Assembly (NCBI RefSeq): GCF_028641065.1
Contig: NC_073391.1
Coordinates: 20,584,001 to 20,648,000, forward strand
Length of the DNA stretch: 64,000 bases
Origin: Leucoraja erinacea
Lineage: Eukaryota
Direction: 5' to 3'
Below, piece by piece: positions 12,341 to 23,487 of the stretch (positions within the stretch are counted from its first letter, which is position 1; every line of letters begins with the position of its first letter). Below the pieces are notes generated by a model. The model was not told the DNA's origin, did no database searches, and saw only the letters and a program-made list of their open reading frames with translations. The translations under genes were made by a program, and so were the position numbers.

Positions 12341-12435
12341 GGTCTGAAGAAGGGTCTGAACCCGAAACGTCGCCTATTCCTTTTCTCCAGAGATGCTGCC
12401 TGACCCGCTGAGTTACTCCAGTTTTTTGGGTCGAG
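12341..12435 (+). mobile_element. Penelope-like element 3' fragment with minimal hammerhead ribozyme motif
   Basis: GGT-CTGAAGA-A-GGGT-CTGA-ACCC-GAAA-CGTC-GCC, followed by CCAGAGATGCTGCCTGACCCGCTGAGTTACTCCAG, a repeat seen many times in this window. Confidence 0.65.
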
Positions 12436-12526
12436 CTTCTTTGCTCAACAATTACCCTGTTCTTGCCACAGGATACTCAGTAATGTTGCCCAAACACATC
12501 CAACTTTACGCTCGGAGGCATACAGG

Positions 12527-13580
12527 ACAATATGGACAATAGGTGCAGGAATACGCCATTCGGCCCTTCGAGCCAGCACCGCCATTCAATGTGATCATGG
12601 CTGATCATCCACAATCAGTACCCCCTTCCTGCCTTCTCCCCATATCCCGTGACGCTGCTATCTTTAAGAGCCCTATCGAGCTCTCTCTTGAAAGTATCCA
12701 GAGAACCAGCCTCCACCCCCTGAGGCAGAGAATTCCACAGACTCCCAACTCTCTGTGTGAAAAGTGTTTTCCTGATCTCCGTTCTAAATATTCTTTCTTA
12801 AACTGTGGCCCCTGGTTCTGGATCCCCCAACCGGGAACACGTTTCTTCAGATTCAGATTCAATTTTATTTCATTGTCAGTGTACAGTACAGAGACAACGA
12901 AATGCATTTAGGTTCCCTTGGACTCCCCAAACGATTTGAATAAAAAATAATAAGTGTCCTGGGGGGGGGGGGTGGGTGGTGGTGATTGGGAACCACGTTT
13001 CCTGCCTCTAGCATGTCCAAACCCTTAATAATCTTATATGTCTCAATAAGATCCCCTCTCATCCTTCTAAATTCCAGAGTATACAAGCCCAGCCGTTCCA
13101 TTCTCTCCGCATATGACAGTCCCACCATCCCGGGAATTAACCTTGTGAACCTACACTGCACTCCCTCAATAGCAAGAATGTCCTTCCTAAAATTAGGGGA
13201 CCAAAACTGCACATAATACTCCAGGTGTGGTCTCACTAGGGCCCTGTACAACTGCAGAAGGACCTATTTGCTCATATACTCAAGTCCTCTTGTTATAAAG
13301 GCCAACATGCCATTCGCTTTATTCACTGCCTGCTGTACCTGCATGCTTACTTTCATTGACTGATGAACAAGGACCCCCAGATCCCGTTTCCCAACTTGAC
13401 ACAATTTAGATAATAATCTGCCTTCCTGTTTTTGTTACCAAAGTGGATCTCACATTTATCCACATTAAACTGCATCTGCCATGCATATGCCCACTTACCC
13501 AACCTGTCCAAGTCACCCTGCATTTTCATAGCATCCTCCTCACAGTTCACACTGCCAACCAGCTTTGTGTCATCTGCCAA
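12527..13580 (-). mobile_element. CR1 LINE 3' portion (RT C-terminus and 3' UTR)
   Basis: ADDTKLVG..MQFNVDKCE..HFG and LYRALVRPHLEYYVQFWSP..RRMRGDLIETYKI. The tail repeat reads GGACAATA on the plus strand. Confidence 0.9.
12846..12987 (-). mobile_element. Short Rex1-type 3' end nested in CR1, with TSD
   Basis: Reverse complement of the 3' UTR and tail at 3383-3525. Flanked by GGGAAC(C)ACGTTTC at 12833-12845 and 12988-13001. Confidence 0.8.
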
Positions 13581-13584
13581 TCCA

Positions 13585-15690
13585 CAGGCCCAACTGGTCC
13601 ATGCCGAACTGTGATGCCCCATCTAAGCTAACTGCATTTGCCCACATCCCTCTAAACTATCCATATACTTGGATATATTTCTGCTCTGAGATTCATACAA
13701 TTTATTTTAAACTTTGCTATTGTACCTGCCCCAACTGCTTCCTCTGGAAGCTTGTTCCATATATTGATCACCCTGTGTGTAAATAAATTGCCCCACAGCT
13801 TCCTATTCAATCTTTTCTTCCTCACCTTAAACCTAGGTCTAATAGTTCTTGATTCCCCTCCCTAGAACCCCCCCCCCCCCTTCTGTGCATTCATCTGCTC
13901 TATACCCCTAATGATGTTATACACCTCTACAAGGTCACCCCTCAGCACTCCAGGGAATAAAGTCCTTGCCTCCCCAAAGCACAGGCCCTCAAGTCCTGGC
14001 AAAATCCCCACGTCTTCTCTGCACCCTTTGTAGTTAATGGCATCTTTCTTATAGCAAGGTGAAAAAAACTGAACATATGTGCAGCTTCACCAGCATCTTG
14101 TACAACTGCAACATAATGTCCCAATTTCTTAACTCCATTCCCTCGGTGATGAAGGCCAGCATGCCAAAAGCCTTCTTCACCACCCTATCTACCTGCGATA
14201 CCATTTTCAGGGAACTATATTTATGCTCCGAGATCCCTCTGCTCTACAACAAGCCCTACCGTTCACTGTGAAGGTCTTCCCCTGGTTTGACTTCCCAAAA
14301 TACAACACTCCATATCTACTTCGAGGCAATTTGTCCAGATGATCAAGATGCCGCTGTAATTTTGAATAACCATCTTCACTGTCTAGGATACCACCCATTT
14401 TCATGTTATCTGTAAATTTACTAATTATGCCTTGAACATTCTCATCTAAATCATTGATATAGATAACAGAAGTGGGACCAGTATTGATTTGTGAGGCACA
14501 CTCCTAATCACAGGCCTCTAGTCCGAAAAACAATCTTCCGCCATCACTCTCTGCTTCCTACCATGTAGCCATGTATCCAGTTAGACTGCTCTTGTGGGAT
14601 CCTATGCAATCTAACCTTCCAGAACAGCCTTTCATGTGGAACCTTAACAGTTGAAGTCTATACACAGTGTCAATGGCACTGCCCTCATCAACCTACTTGA
14701 TTACTTCTTCAAAACAACTCAATCAAATTCATGACACGAAAATCCACACACAAAACTATGTTGACTATCCCAAATCACCCCTTCTCTATCCAAATGCAAG
14801 TACATCTTATCTCCCAGAATCCTCTCCAGTAATTTTCCAACCGTAGATCATAGGCCTACTAGTCTATTGTTCCCAGGTTCTTCTTTGCCTATAGACACAT
14901 TAGCCACCTTCCAGTTTAGTTTAGAGATACAGCATGGAAATGGGCCCTTCAGCCCACCGAATCCGCACCGACCAGCGATCCCCACACATTAACACTATCC
15001 TACACACACTAGGGACAATTTATATTTATACCAAGCCAATTAATCTACAAACCTGTACGTCTTTGGAGTGTGGGAAGAAACCGAATTTCTCTGAGAAAAC
15101 CCACGGGGTCACGGAGAGAACGCACAAACTCCATACAGACAGCACCCGTAGTCAGGATTGAACCAGAGTCTCTGGCGCTGAAATCGCTGTAACACAGCAA
15201 CTCCACCGCTGCTCCACCGTGCCACCTTCAGACATCCAACCAGTGTTGAACATTGATTGATATATCTCAGCCAAGACTTCTTCTCTAGCCTCCGACAGTG
15301 TACGTGGATATATCTGATCAGACCCAGGAGATTAATCTACGTTCATTCATCTTACACTGTCAGTACCGCTTTTACCATAATCTCTTTTGATTCTCCTTAA
15401 TCTTATCTGCAGAAAAACATTTCATGCTCCCGTTTTGCCTTCCTGATTTCCTTCTTAAGTACGCTCCTCAATCCCCTATACTCCTCCTAGGATACATGCT
15501 GAATATATCCTGACCAATGACTACTTTTTCTTAATCAAAGCCTAATTTTCTCTTGTCATCCAGGAGTCCTTATTCTTATCTGTCTTGCCCTTCATTCTAA
15601 CAGGAACATGCATACTCACTCTTGCACTTTTAAAAGCATCCCAGTTTCCAGATATGTTTTTGCCCACAATCTACTGCAATCAACTTGAGT
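13585..15690 (-). mobile_element. Older degenerate CR1 LINE (interrupted by a SINE)
   Basis: MKMGGILDSEDGYSKLQRHLD..YGVLYFGKSNQGKTFTVNG. Many stops and frameshifts. Confidence 0.7.
14913..15226 (-). mobile_element. tRNA-derived SINE (V-SINE/HE1-like), near full length
   Basis: The minus strand begins GGTGGCACGGTGGAGCAGCGG (A-box-like) and has GGTTCAATCC (B-box). It has a V-like core, a CR1-type 3' end and a (CTAAA)n tail. Confidence 0.8.
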
Positions 15691-17484
15691 TTCACACTTT
15701 TTTTCCTATCTACCCTGCATCCTGTACTCCTCTCATCCTGTACTTGACTTGACTTGACTTCTCAAACTCTCCAATTATCTATAATGTTTCTGTGAACTCT
15801 GTCCATTAATATCAGCCATGTTCTCAACAGCCTCAGTACTCTCTGGAATTCACTCCCTGCATTTTTATTTTAAGACCTTCCTTTAAACTACCCCTATCAT
15901 CAAATTTATCCAAATCCTGCCTAGTACCTCTGTGCTTTGATGTTCATTGTTATTTGATTATATCATCACTATTTGAGATTTCTCACCACAAAATTCCAGG
16001 TTTTGGTTTAAATAGATTAATATCACTATTAAAATAATGGATAAATGGACTTCAGTTGACTTAATAGGGCAAAGATCTACTGGGATTTATTATTAACCTT
16101 ATAATTTAGTTGTTAATCTCAATGCCAAGAACAAAAATAATGCATTTCTAGAAAACCTATCTTGTTAGTCATTTACAATAAAAGCAGAAACCTTCCAATT
16201 TTTTTTAGCATGCTCCTTCATTAAAATGAATGATTTACCAAACAGGTTTCCTCAAATCTACTGCAAAATAAATATTTCTGTCGATACTGATTTACGAGAC
16301 CAATTTACAGATTACCTTTTATCCATTAAACTCAGAACACATTGAATCCATTTAAGAGGTAAACATTCAGACATTTTTAAAGGTAGATCGATTTTATTAA
16401 ATGGCATTATTTTTGTTGATAAATTTCAATTGTTCTGGTATCCTGAATTTAAAATAAACAAATTAAAATTGCTTGGAAGTCTATAATTTACGAATACAAC
16501 AAGATAAATGATGCCGAAATGCATCAGTGGCTCAGGACACAGCAGTAGTGTCCACATCACGTGTCACACTCCAGCCAACACTAAACTGCTTTGGCACGCG
16601 ACATATGATGGACCATTTATCACTAACACAACACCAATGATGAAAATGGCTGAAAGCTTTTTTTCCAAAAGATTAAAATTGTATACAAAATACTTGTGGC
16701 CCTTCAAGTTCCAACCAGTAAGTAAGCAAAGGAATACCTTTTTTTGTAAATAATGTGGATCAAAGTACCAAAGACATATTGCATGCTGGAATTTTCTTCA
16801 CGTGTAATGCAAAATGAAAGGACAGATAAAGTCAAAGAATAAGGTATTACACAATCCAAACTATTTCAGACACGTGTGCATGAAAAACGGCTGTTAACAT
16901 CGAACACAAATTAATACACGTGCTCCTGAATTAAGCAAGTAATGCAATTTTATTAGTAATATTATATATGTACTTTAATTTATTAATGTTTTTCATTGTT
17001 ACTTATTTTTTGTTATTCAAATGAATTTAAAGGACTTTGATCATTAGAAAAAAATTGTTCAAATGTCTCTGACTGTAGTTTTCTGAAAATTGGTCATCAA
17101 TGAAAAGCTGATCGTTCTCAAAGGAGGACCACAGCAGTCAGACTTCCAGGACGGTTGAACTGTGAGGCCATAAAAAGTACAATTGAGAGAAACGCATGGC
17201 CAGATCAAGCACAATCCAGCTCCTTTGGCCTTGTACCTTGCAATCTTATATGTTAAGAACTGAAAAAAAGGGTCACAAATTTCATTAAAAGTGATGATTC
17301 CACCTCTGCAGGCATAAACCTTACTTCCGTGGATGATGGATAAAGTTTTGGAGCTTATTTATTATTTTACCTGTATGAAAAAAAACCCAATGGCAGATCT
17401 AGACAGAAATTGTTGCACTCTTCATACACATGACCAGAAATTGAAAAAAATCCAAGTACAATACACAAACAACATTAATTAGGT

Positions 17485-17665
17485 AAGGTACACAAAAAAG
17501 CTGGAGAAACTCAGCGGGTGCAGCAGCATCTATGGAGCAAAGGAAATAGGCAACGTTTCGGGCCAAAACCCTTCTTCAGACTCCATAGATGCTGCTGCAC
17601 CCGCTGAGTTTCTCCAGCTTTTTTGTGTACCTTCGATTCTCCAGCATCTGCAGTTCCTTCTTAAA
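17485..17665. mobile_element. Penelope-derived hairpin insertion with 17-bp TSD
   Basis: Perfect 53-bp inverted repeat at 17485-17537 and 17581-17633. AACATTAATTAGGTAAG is duplicated at 17471-17487 and 17664-17680. The loop contains a hammerhead-like core on the minus strand. Confidence 0.8.
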
Positions 17666-18949
17666 CATTAATTAGGTAAGATTGTTTTGTAATGTCCTAC
17701 AATGCTAGGAAGGAAGATTCTTACTGCCATGGCAAGAAACAACCAAACAATGGACCTATCAGTTGTATCTGCAAAGTATTTTTCTTGAAAGATTAAAAGT
17801 CCAGCAAGTTTTTTTTAAAACATAAAATTTAGCTGCTCACCAAGGTAATGCTGTGTTGAATGAAGTAGCCTTTAAAATAAAAAAAATGGCCTTACTGTGA
17901 GATAATACTAAAGAAATCACTTTAGAAATATTTGCAGTTAATAGCTTTAAGCAAGTTATGCAATTTTAATAGTAATATCATAATAACAAATTCATCACTC
18001 CATTATTTTAATTCCTCCCTTATTCGACTGGTTGCACAGCTTTTTAATATTTTCAAAATGTTATTGTAATGCAAACTTACCAGTGTCAAAAGACAAATAA
18101 ATATTACTATTTTCTAATCAAATCATGTGCAAAATACTTATACCAAATAATGGATTTGTATATTTTCTGGAATAAAAAGAGGTTTAACAAACAAATGTCA
18201 CAAAATCTTTCAACCTTTCAGACCTTAGTAACTTTCATGTTTGCAATCTACTTTGAGTCGACAGTTTTTTTGATAAACAATATTGTCCTGGAATCTAAAT
18301 GATTCTACCTTCTTCACATTTATTATTAATTTCTAACATGACCAGATTATTACTCCAGCACTTTGCGTCCATTTGTGTATTAACCAGCATCTGCAGTTCT
18401 GTTTATACATGACCAGAATCTATTTGTTAACTTTTCTGTTTGACTGCTGTGTGTTATGGAGAGCAGTTGACAGAAACCAGTTCCACTTTGGCAATTCTGA
18501 AGCCTCTATACTCTATACATTTTTTACACCGATGATCTGGAGATGCCAACTCACCTTGAAGCTAGGCATTATGGATTTGAAACGAACCAACATTGGTCTG
18601 ACTTTATTGAGCAAAATATTAATCACGTTTTGAACTTCAGCAGCAATTCCAGGTACTTGTAGCTGCATGCACAGTAGTTTGGTGTATAATTTACTTTGAT
18701 CTTTTATGCAAGTTCTTCTCATATTTTATCCTTCAATGATTTTGCATAACAAAGATGCTACCTTTTGAATGGGTTGTAGTGTATAGAGTAAACATTCTAA
18801 ATACAGACATTTAATTTGTGGAGAGAGTAACATCTTACTGCAATGGGGGCCAACTTCTGGAAAGGCAAACAAGGTGACCGTAATCATGGGTTATGTCTCT
18901 CATTGAATGAGCTTAACTGATATTTTGTTGATTTTCACTACGAGATAAA

Positions 18950-19300
18950 TGAACTATGCTCGAATTTGGCTGCTTTTAACTAATATCCAGACATCAGCAT
19001 ATATATTCCAAGGGTCTTCTATCTAGACCTTGGGAAAACTGTCCTCATCTCAACATGCAACAGCTTGATGCTCCTGGACGATTTCAATACTAAACATGAA
19101 AAATCCTCTGAAAATCCAATAGGCAAGGTGGAGTATGGAAAGCTAACTCCAATGAAGTTCTCCACCAGTGCAAGGTTTTGACATTGCCAACACTCTGCTT
19201 CATTAGAAAAGCCCCCCACTGTGAGCTAAGCTTTTGATACTAATGAATTTACCTCCTTCGTCAGAGCAAGAAATAATACGACAGCCCACATTAAACATGC
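18950..19300 (+). mobile_element. Ancient LINE endonuclease relic (RTE-like)
   Basis: Degenerate FYLDLGK..LMLLDDFNTK (compare LILLGDFNA) and ..GK..ANSN. Confidence 0.4.
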
Positions 19301-19319
19301 CACAACAGATATTGTTGCC

Positions 19320-19850
19320 TGTAGATACAAGGAACTGCAGATGCAGGTTGACAAACAAAAAGACAGAGTACTGGAGTAACTCAACGGATCAAGCAGCATC
19401 TCTGGAGAACATGGATAGGTGATGTTTCAGGTTGGGACCCTGCTTCAGACTGTAATAGGGTGAAAAAGCTGGAAGAAAGGTGAGGGCAGGACAGTCTGGC
19501 ATGTAAATGGCGAAAAAAGTTAAGAGGAGGTTTTGATGGGCTGATGATTGGATAAAGGCCAGAGATGAAAAGACAAGTGTGATGCAAGGAGATAAAAGAT
19601 AGAAGAGGCATGAAATGTGAAACCAGTGGAAGGAATATAGGTGGACAAGAGATGTGGGGGTGGGGGGTGAAAAGGGAAAGGGAGATATGGGTACGCATCC
19701 AGATGGGGCACAGCGAAGACAGGAGGAAGAGGAGGGATGTGGGGAGGGGGAAGAATGTTGTATGTTAATTATTGAAAATTGGAGAGTTCAATGTTAATAC
19801 TGTTAGGTTATAAGTTGCCCAAGTGAAATACAAGGTGCGATTCCTTCAAC
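19320..19850 (-). mobile_element. Penelope-like element 3' region
   Basis: Reverse complement of the recurrent PLE end (CTGGAGTAACTCA..GCAGCATCTCTGGAG..GACCCTGCTTCAGAC), followed by a purine-rich tract and GAGTTCAATGTTAATAC. Confidence 0.6.
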
Positions 19851-21374
19851 CTCACCAAAATAAAAATGGCAATATATTCAATGTTGCAAGATAAATAGAT
19901 GTTGAAGGGCTCAAGGATCCCATAAAGATAACTAGTTAAAAAGTCTCAGACAACACTTCATGACAACCTGATGATCCTTAATCAACGGGAGTTATTGGAT
20001 TTTGAGTAAATCTTGAGTTATGGAGTGTCCCAGATTCCTGAGGATCTCTGTAATTAGCTCCAGGGAAGGCATTCTTCATATTACTGCAAGGGAACAACAG
20101 GACTGGATCGATCAAAGATGCAAGACATCCAAGAATTAATTAAATATATCTGCAAGGTGTATTTGGATTGTAACTGCAGCACATCTCAGGGGAAATGAAA
20201 CAGTTGAGGATCAACAGAAAACTGCAGCCTAAAGAACAGGCTATGGGTAGAAAGTCTAGCAACTTGATGATAACTGCGACATGTGTGAATTTATCAGCGC
20301 TGTCAAGATGACCTTGGCTCAATCACGAAGAATCAAGAACAGAGATGAACTTACAAGGACAGAGAGGCGCCAAATGCTTGCTAGATGAAGAACTGCTCGA
20401 ATGTGACTGTCCTTGATACGTGGCCTTGAATCCGTCTCTTAGCAAACTATCTGGTCCAGCCTACTGCCATCTCAGATAAAATATTGAAAAACGCATAAGC
20501 TAATTGAAAAACAGTAAGCCTTGGGAGAACACAGTATTTTTTAAATGAAGTTTTAAAAAGAGGAATTGTCAGTCCAACTTCACAAATTCAGCTCCCATAA
20601 CAGGGAACCTCAGAAACACCAGTTATAACCATCTTCAAGAATAAAAACAAATCCAATAGCATTGACTAAAAGGGGTCCCACTGCTTCCTGCCAGGGTTCT
20701 CTTTGACCATCTGGGGGATGTGGCTGAACAGCTGCTCCCTGAATCATGTGTGAATTATATTGTCCAGAGACAAAATGGATTTCATTTTAACGCGTCAACA
20801 CTATTATTCAGTTCATATTTTTCTGCAAACATATTCCATCCTTCGAATGATTTTAAGTGAAAAAATTCAACCTCTAAACTTAGTTTTAAATAAAAATCTG
20901 GAAAGGTCAGGTGGCACCTATAGAAAGAGAAAAAATGTTAACGATTCAGGCCACTGACCTTGCATCATAATCAATAATCTGAAACATTGACACTTTTTTT
21001 TGCCCTAAAGATGCTGTCTGATCTGAGTGTTTACTGTTTTTTTCTATGTTTAATATTTAACACTAACATTCAGGTCAATGTTCTGAAAAAGGGTAATTAA
21101 CCCAAAATAATAAGTTATTTTCTCCATCATCAAAACCACCTGAGCATTTTACCCCCAATTTTAGATTTTCAGCATCTGTAGCACTTTCTAGCATAGGACT
21201 GTGTGGAAATTTCCTGTGATTAGTGCCCAACACAAAAAGCAGAGCGGGTAAAAGATTTAAGGTTGTTCCCAAGGCCACCATAATTTTAGAAAAACCAACT
21301 GCACTACTGAGAATGGGATCTTTGGATCACCAAAGTTCAAGATACAATTTTTGTATCAAGATATTGCAGGAATC

Positions 21375-21630
21375 TTGAGAAAAATCAAGCTGCTGGAGTA
21401 ACTCAGCAAGTGAGGTCGAATATGTGGAGGAATGGACAGACTGGGTCAGGCCCCATCTTCAGACTGATGGAGTAGTGGGGAGAAAGGGAGGACTGATGGA
21501 GTAGGGGCGTGAATGTCTCATCCCTACTACATCTATCTGAAGTAGGGTCCCAATCCAAAATGTTGCTTGCCTATTCATTTCACTGATGCTGTCTGACCTG
21601 CTGAGTTCCTCCAGCATTTTGTTTTTGCTC
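21375..21630. mobile_element. Penelope-derived inverted (hairpin) fragment
   Basis: GCTGGAGTAACTCAGC..CTTCAGAC followed by CTGAAGTAGGGTCC..CTGAGTTCCTCCAGC. Confidence 0.55.
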
Positions 21631-22171
21631 AGAGTTCAGAATGGTTAAGCAGCATTCTAAATGGCATGAAGAACGTCAAAGCTACATGACAGAACCACAA
21701 AGAAGCCCAGCATAAATAGCAGAAGCGCATAAACTGCCCAAAGGATCTACCACCTTTAAAAGATTCACTTGAATTGCTCAGCATTTCCAACATTCTGTTT
21801 TTATATCAGACTTCCAGCATTTGCTGTATTTTGATCTTCACTAACTCCCCATTTAAATATTTCACCAGGTATCTCTTGCTCCGTCTGTGGAAGGGTCTGG
21901 GATTCCCCTATTGACCTCACCAGACACCCGATAATCCACAGAGCCAAATCAAGGCAGCCTTGACTCAAAGGAGCTGCCCAAGAAGCAGCAGCAGTAGAAG
22001 TAGTAACAGCAGCAGCTGATGCTACTCGTTGCCTAGGCTTAAGATGAATGCAACCCTGGTCTTAAAGAGAATGTGCAAGGAGTTGCATGGTTGTAAGGAC
22101 AAAGCTACCGACGTTCCTCAAGAAGATAATTGAAGCTGAAAGAATAAGCAGGCGAGAAGGTAATGCCTTAC

Positions 22172-22217
22172 TGTCAATGTCTTCTATCAGGCTGGCTGTG
22201 CCGGGCGTATAGTTCAT
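22172..22217 (-). CDS. LSM1: LSM1 coding exon 1 (MNYTPGTASLIEDID)
   Basis: AAGATGA start and GACA|gtaagg donor, 46 nt. The four exons total 46+69+116+171=402 nt, i.e. 133 aa plus stop. Confidence 0.96.
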
Positions 22218-22455
22218 CTTGCTCCAAGTCAACCATTGGGCGTCACATGGCACACAGGAAATCGTCAACGCCGGCGACCGTCACTTCCAGCGCGGCGAGG
22301 GCGGTACCCGGGGCATTTCTGTTGGCCTCTGCTCCATTAAACAGTCAGCTCAGGGCCGCCGAGTTTGCATTTGCTGCCGGGTAGGCCCGCACGTCATCCC
22401 GCCAGCAAGAGCTCGCCTCAGCGGGACCCGCCGGCAGGCAGGCAGGCAGCACAAG
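22218..22455. promoter_or_regulatory. Bidirectional CpG-rich promoter and 5' UTRs of LSM1 and PRDX3
   Basis: CpG-dense 238 bp between divergent ATGs. Motifs: ATTGG 22235, GTCACATG 22242, ETS/CRE-like CGTCACTTCC 22279-22288, CACGTCA 22390, and YY1-like CAAGATGGCGGC over the PRDX3 ATG. Confidence 0.8.
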
Positions 22456-22485
22456 ATGGCGGCAACGCTGGCCACGGCCGCTCGG
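22456..22485 (+). CDS. PRDX3: PRDX3 coding exon 1 (MAATLATAAR, start of mitochondrial presequence)
   Basis: AAGATGG Kozak context, CGG|gtgagc donor, phase 0. Confidence 0.85.
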
Positions 22486-22777
22486 GTGAGCACTGCAACA
22501 ACAAGAGGAGCCTCCTCTCCCTCGCCGCATAATCAACACGGCTATTCCCTCCCGCTTTACATAACATAAATAAACGGTGGTCGTTCAAGGGCCCACTCCT
22601 GGGGGTTGGCAGCGGTCGAGGTGACTCCACAAGGACACTGCCTCACGGCCCGGCATTGCATCGGCATTGATGGCAGCGGACCTCAGGCGGGCGGGCGAGC
22701 GAGTCTTCGCTTATCTGTTAAAAGAGGTTTCAACGTTGTGGTCGCCGACTTGATAATTTGCAATGAACTGGACATGC

Positions 22778-23487
22778 TGCCTCTCTCTCTCCCCCACCAC
22801 CTGCCTCCCCCACCAACCTCCCTCTCCCCCCCCACCAACCCTTCCTCTCTCCCCCCACCAACCTTCCTCTCTCCCCCCACCAACCTTCCTCTCTCCCCCC
22901 CCCACCACCTTCCCTCTCTCCTCTCTCCCCCCCACCAACCTTCCTCTCTCCCCCCCCCACCAACCTTCCTCTCTCCCCCCCCACCAACACCCCCCTCCCC
23001 CCCCCCCACCAACCTTCCCTCTCCCCCCACCAACCTTCCCTCTCTCCCCCCCCACCACCTCTCTCTCTCCCCCCACCAACCTTCTCTCCCCCCACAACCT
23101 TCTCCCCCCCCCCACCTTCCTCTCTCCCCCCCCACCCACCCTCCTCTCTCTCCCCCCCCACCACCTTCCTCTCTCCCCCCCCACCACCTGCCTCTCTCTC
23201 CCCCCACCACCTGCCTCTTCTCCCCCCACCAACCTTCCTCTCTCTCCCCCCCACCAACCTTCCTCTCTCCCCCCCACCAACCTTCCTCTCTCCCCCCCCC
23301 CACCAACCTTCCTCTCTCCCCCCCACCAACCTTCCTCTCTCCCCCCACCAACCTTCCTCTCTCTCCCCCCCACCAACCTTCCTCTCTCCCCCCCACCAAC
23401 CTTCTCTCTCTCCCCCCACCAACCTTCCTCTCTCCCCCCACCAACCTTTCTCTCTCCCCCCACCACCTGCCTCCCTCTCCCACCACC
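22778..23487. repeat. C/T-rich degenerate minisatellite (~CCCCCCACCAACCTTCCTCTCT)n in PRDX3 intron 1
   Basis: About 700 bp of tandem ~22-24 bp units with almost no G on the plus strand. Confidence 0.9.

Noticed and set aside
22219-22569. 116-aa ORF spanning the promoter
   Set aside because: Only MAATLATAAR before the GT donor is PRDX3 coding. The rest is promoter or intron.
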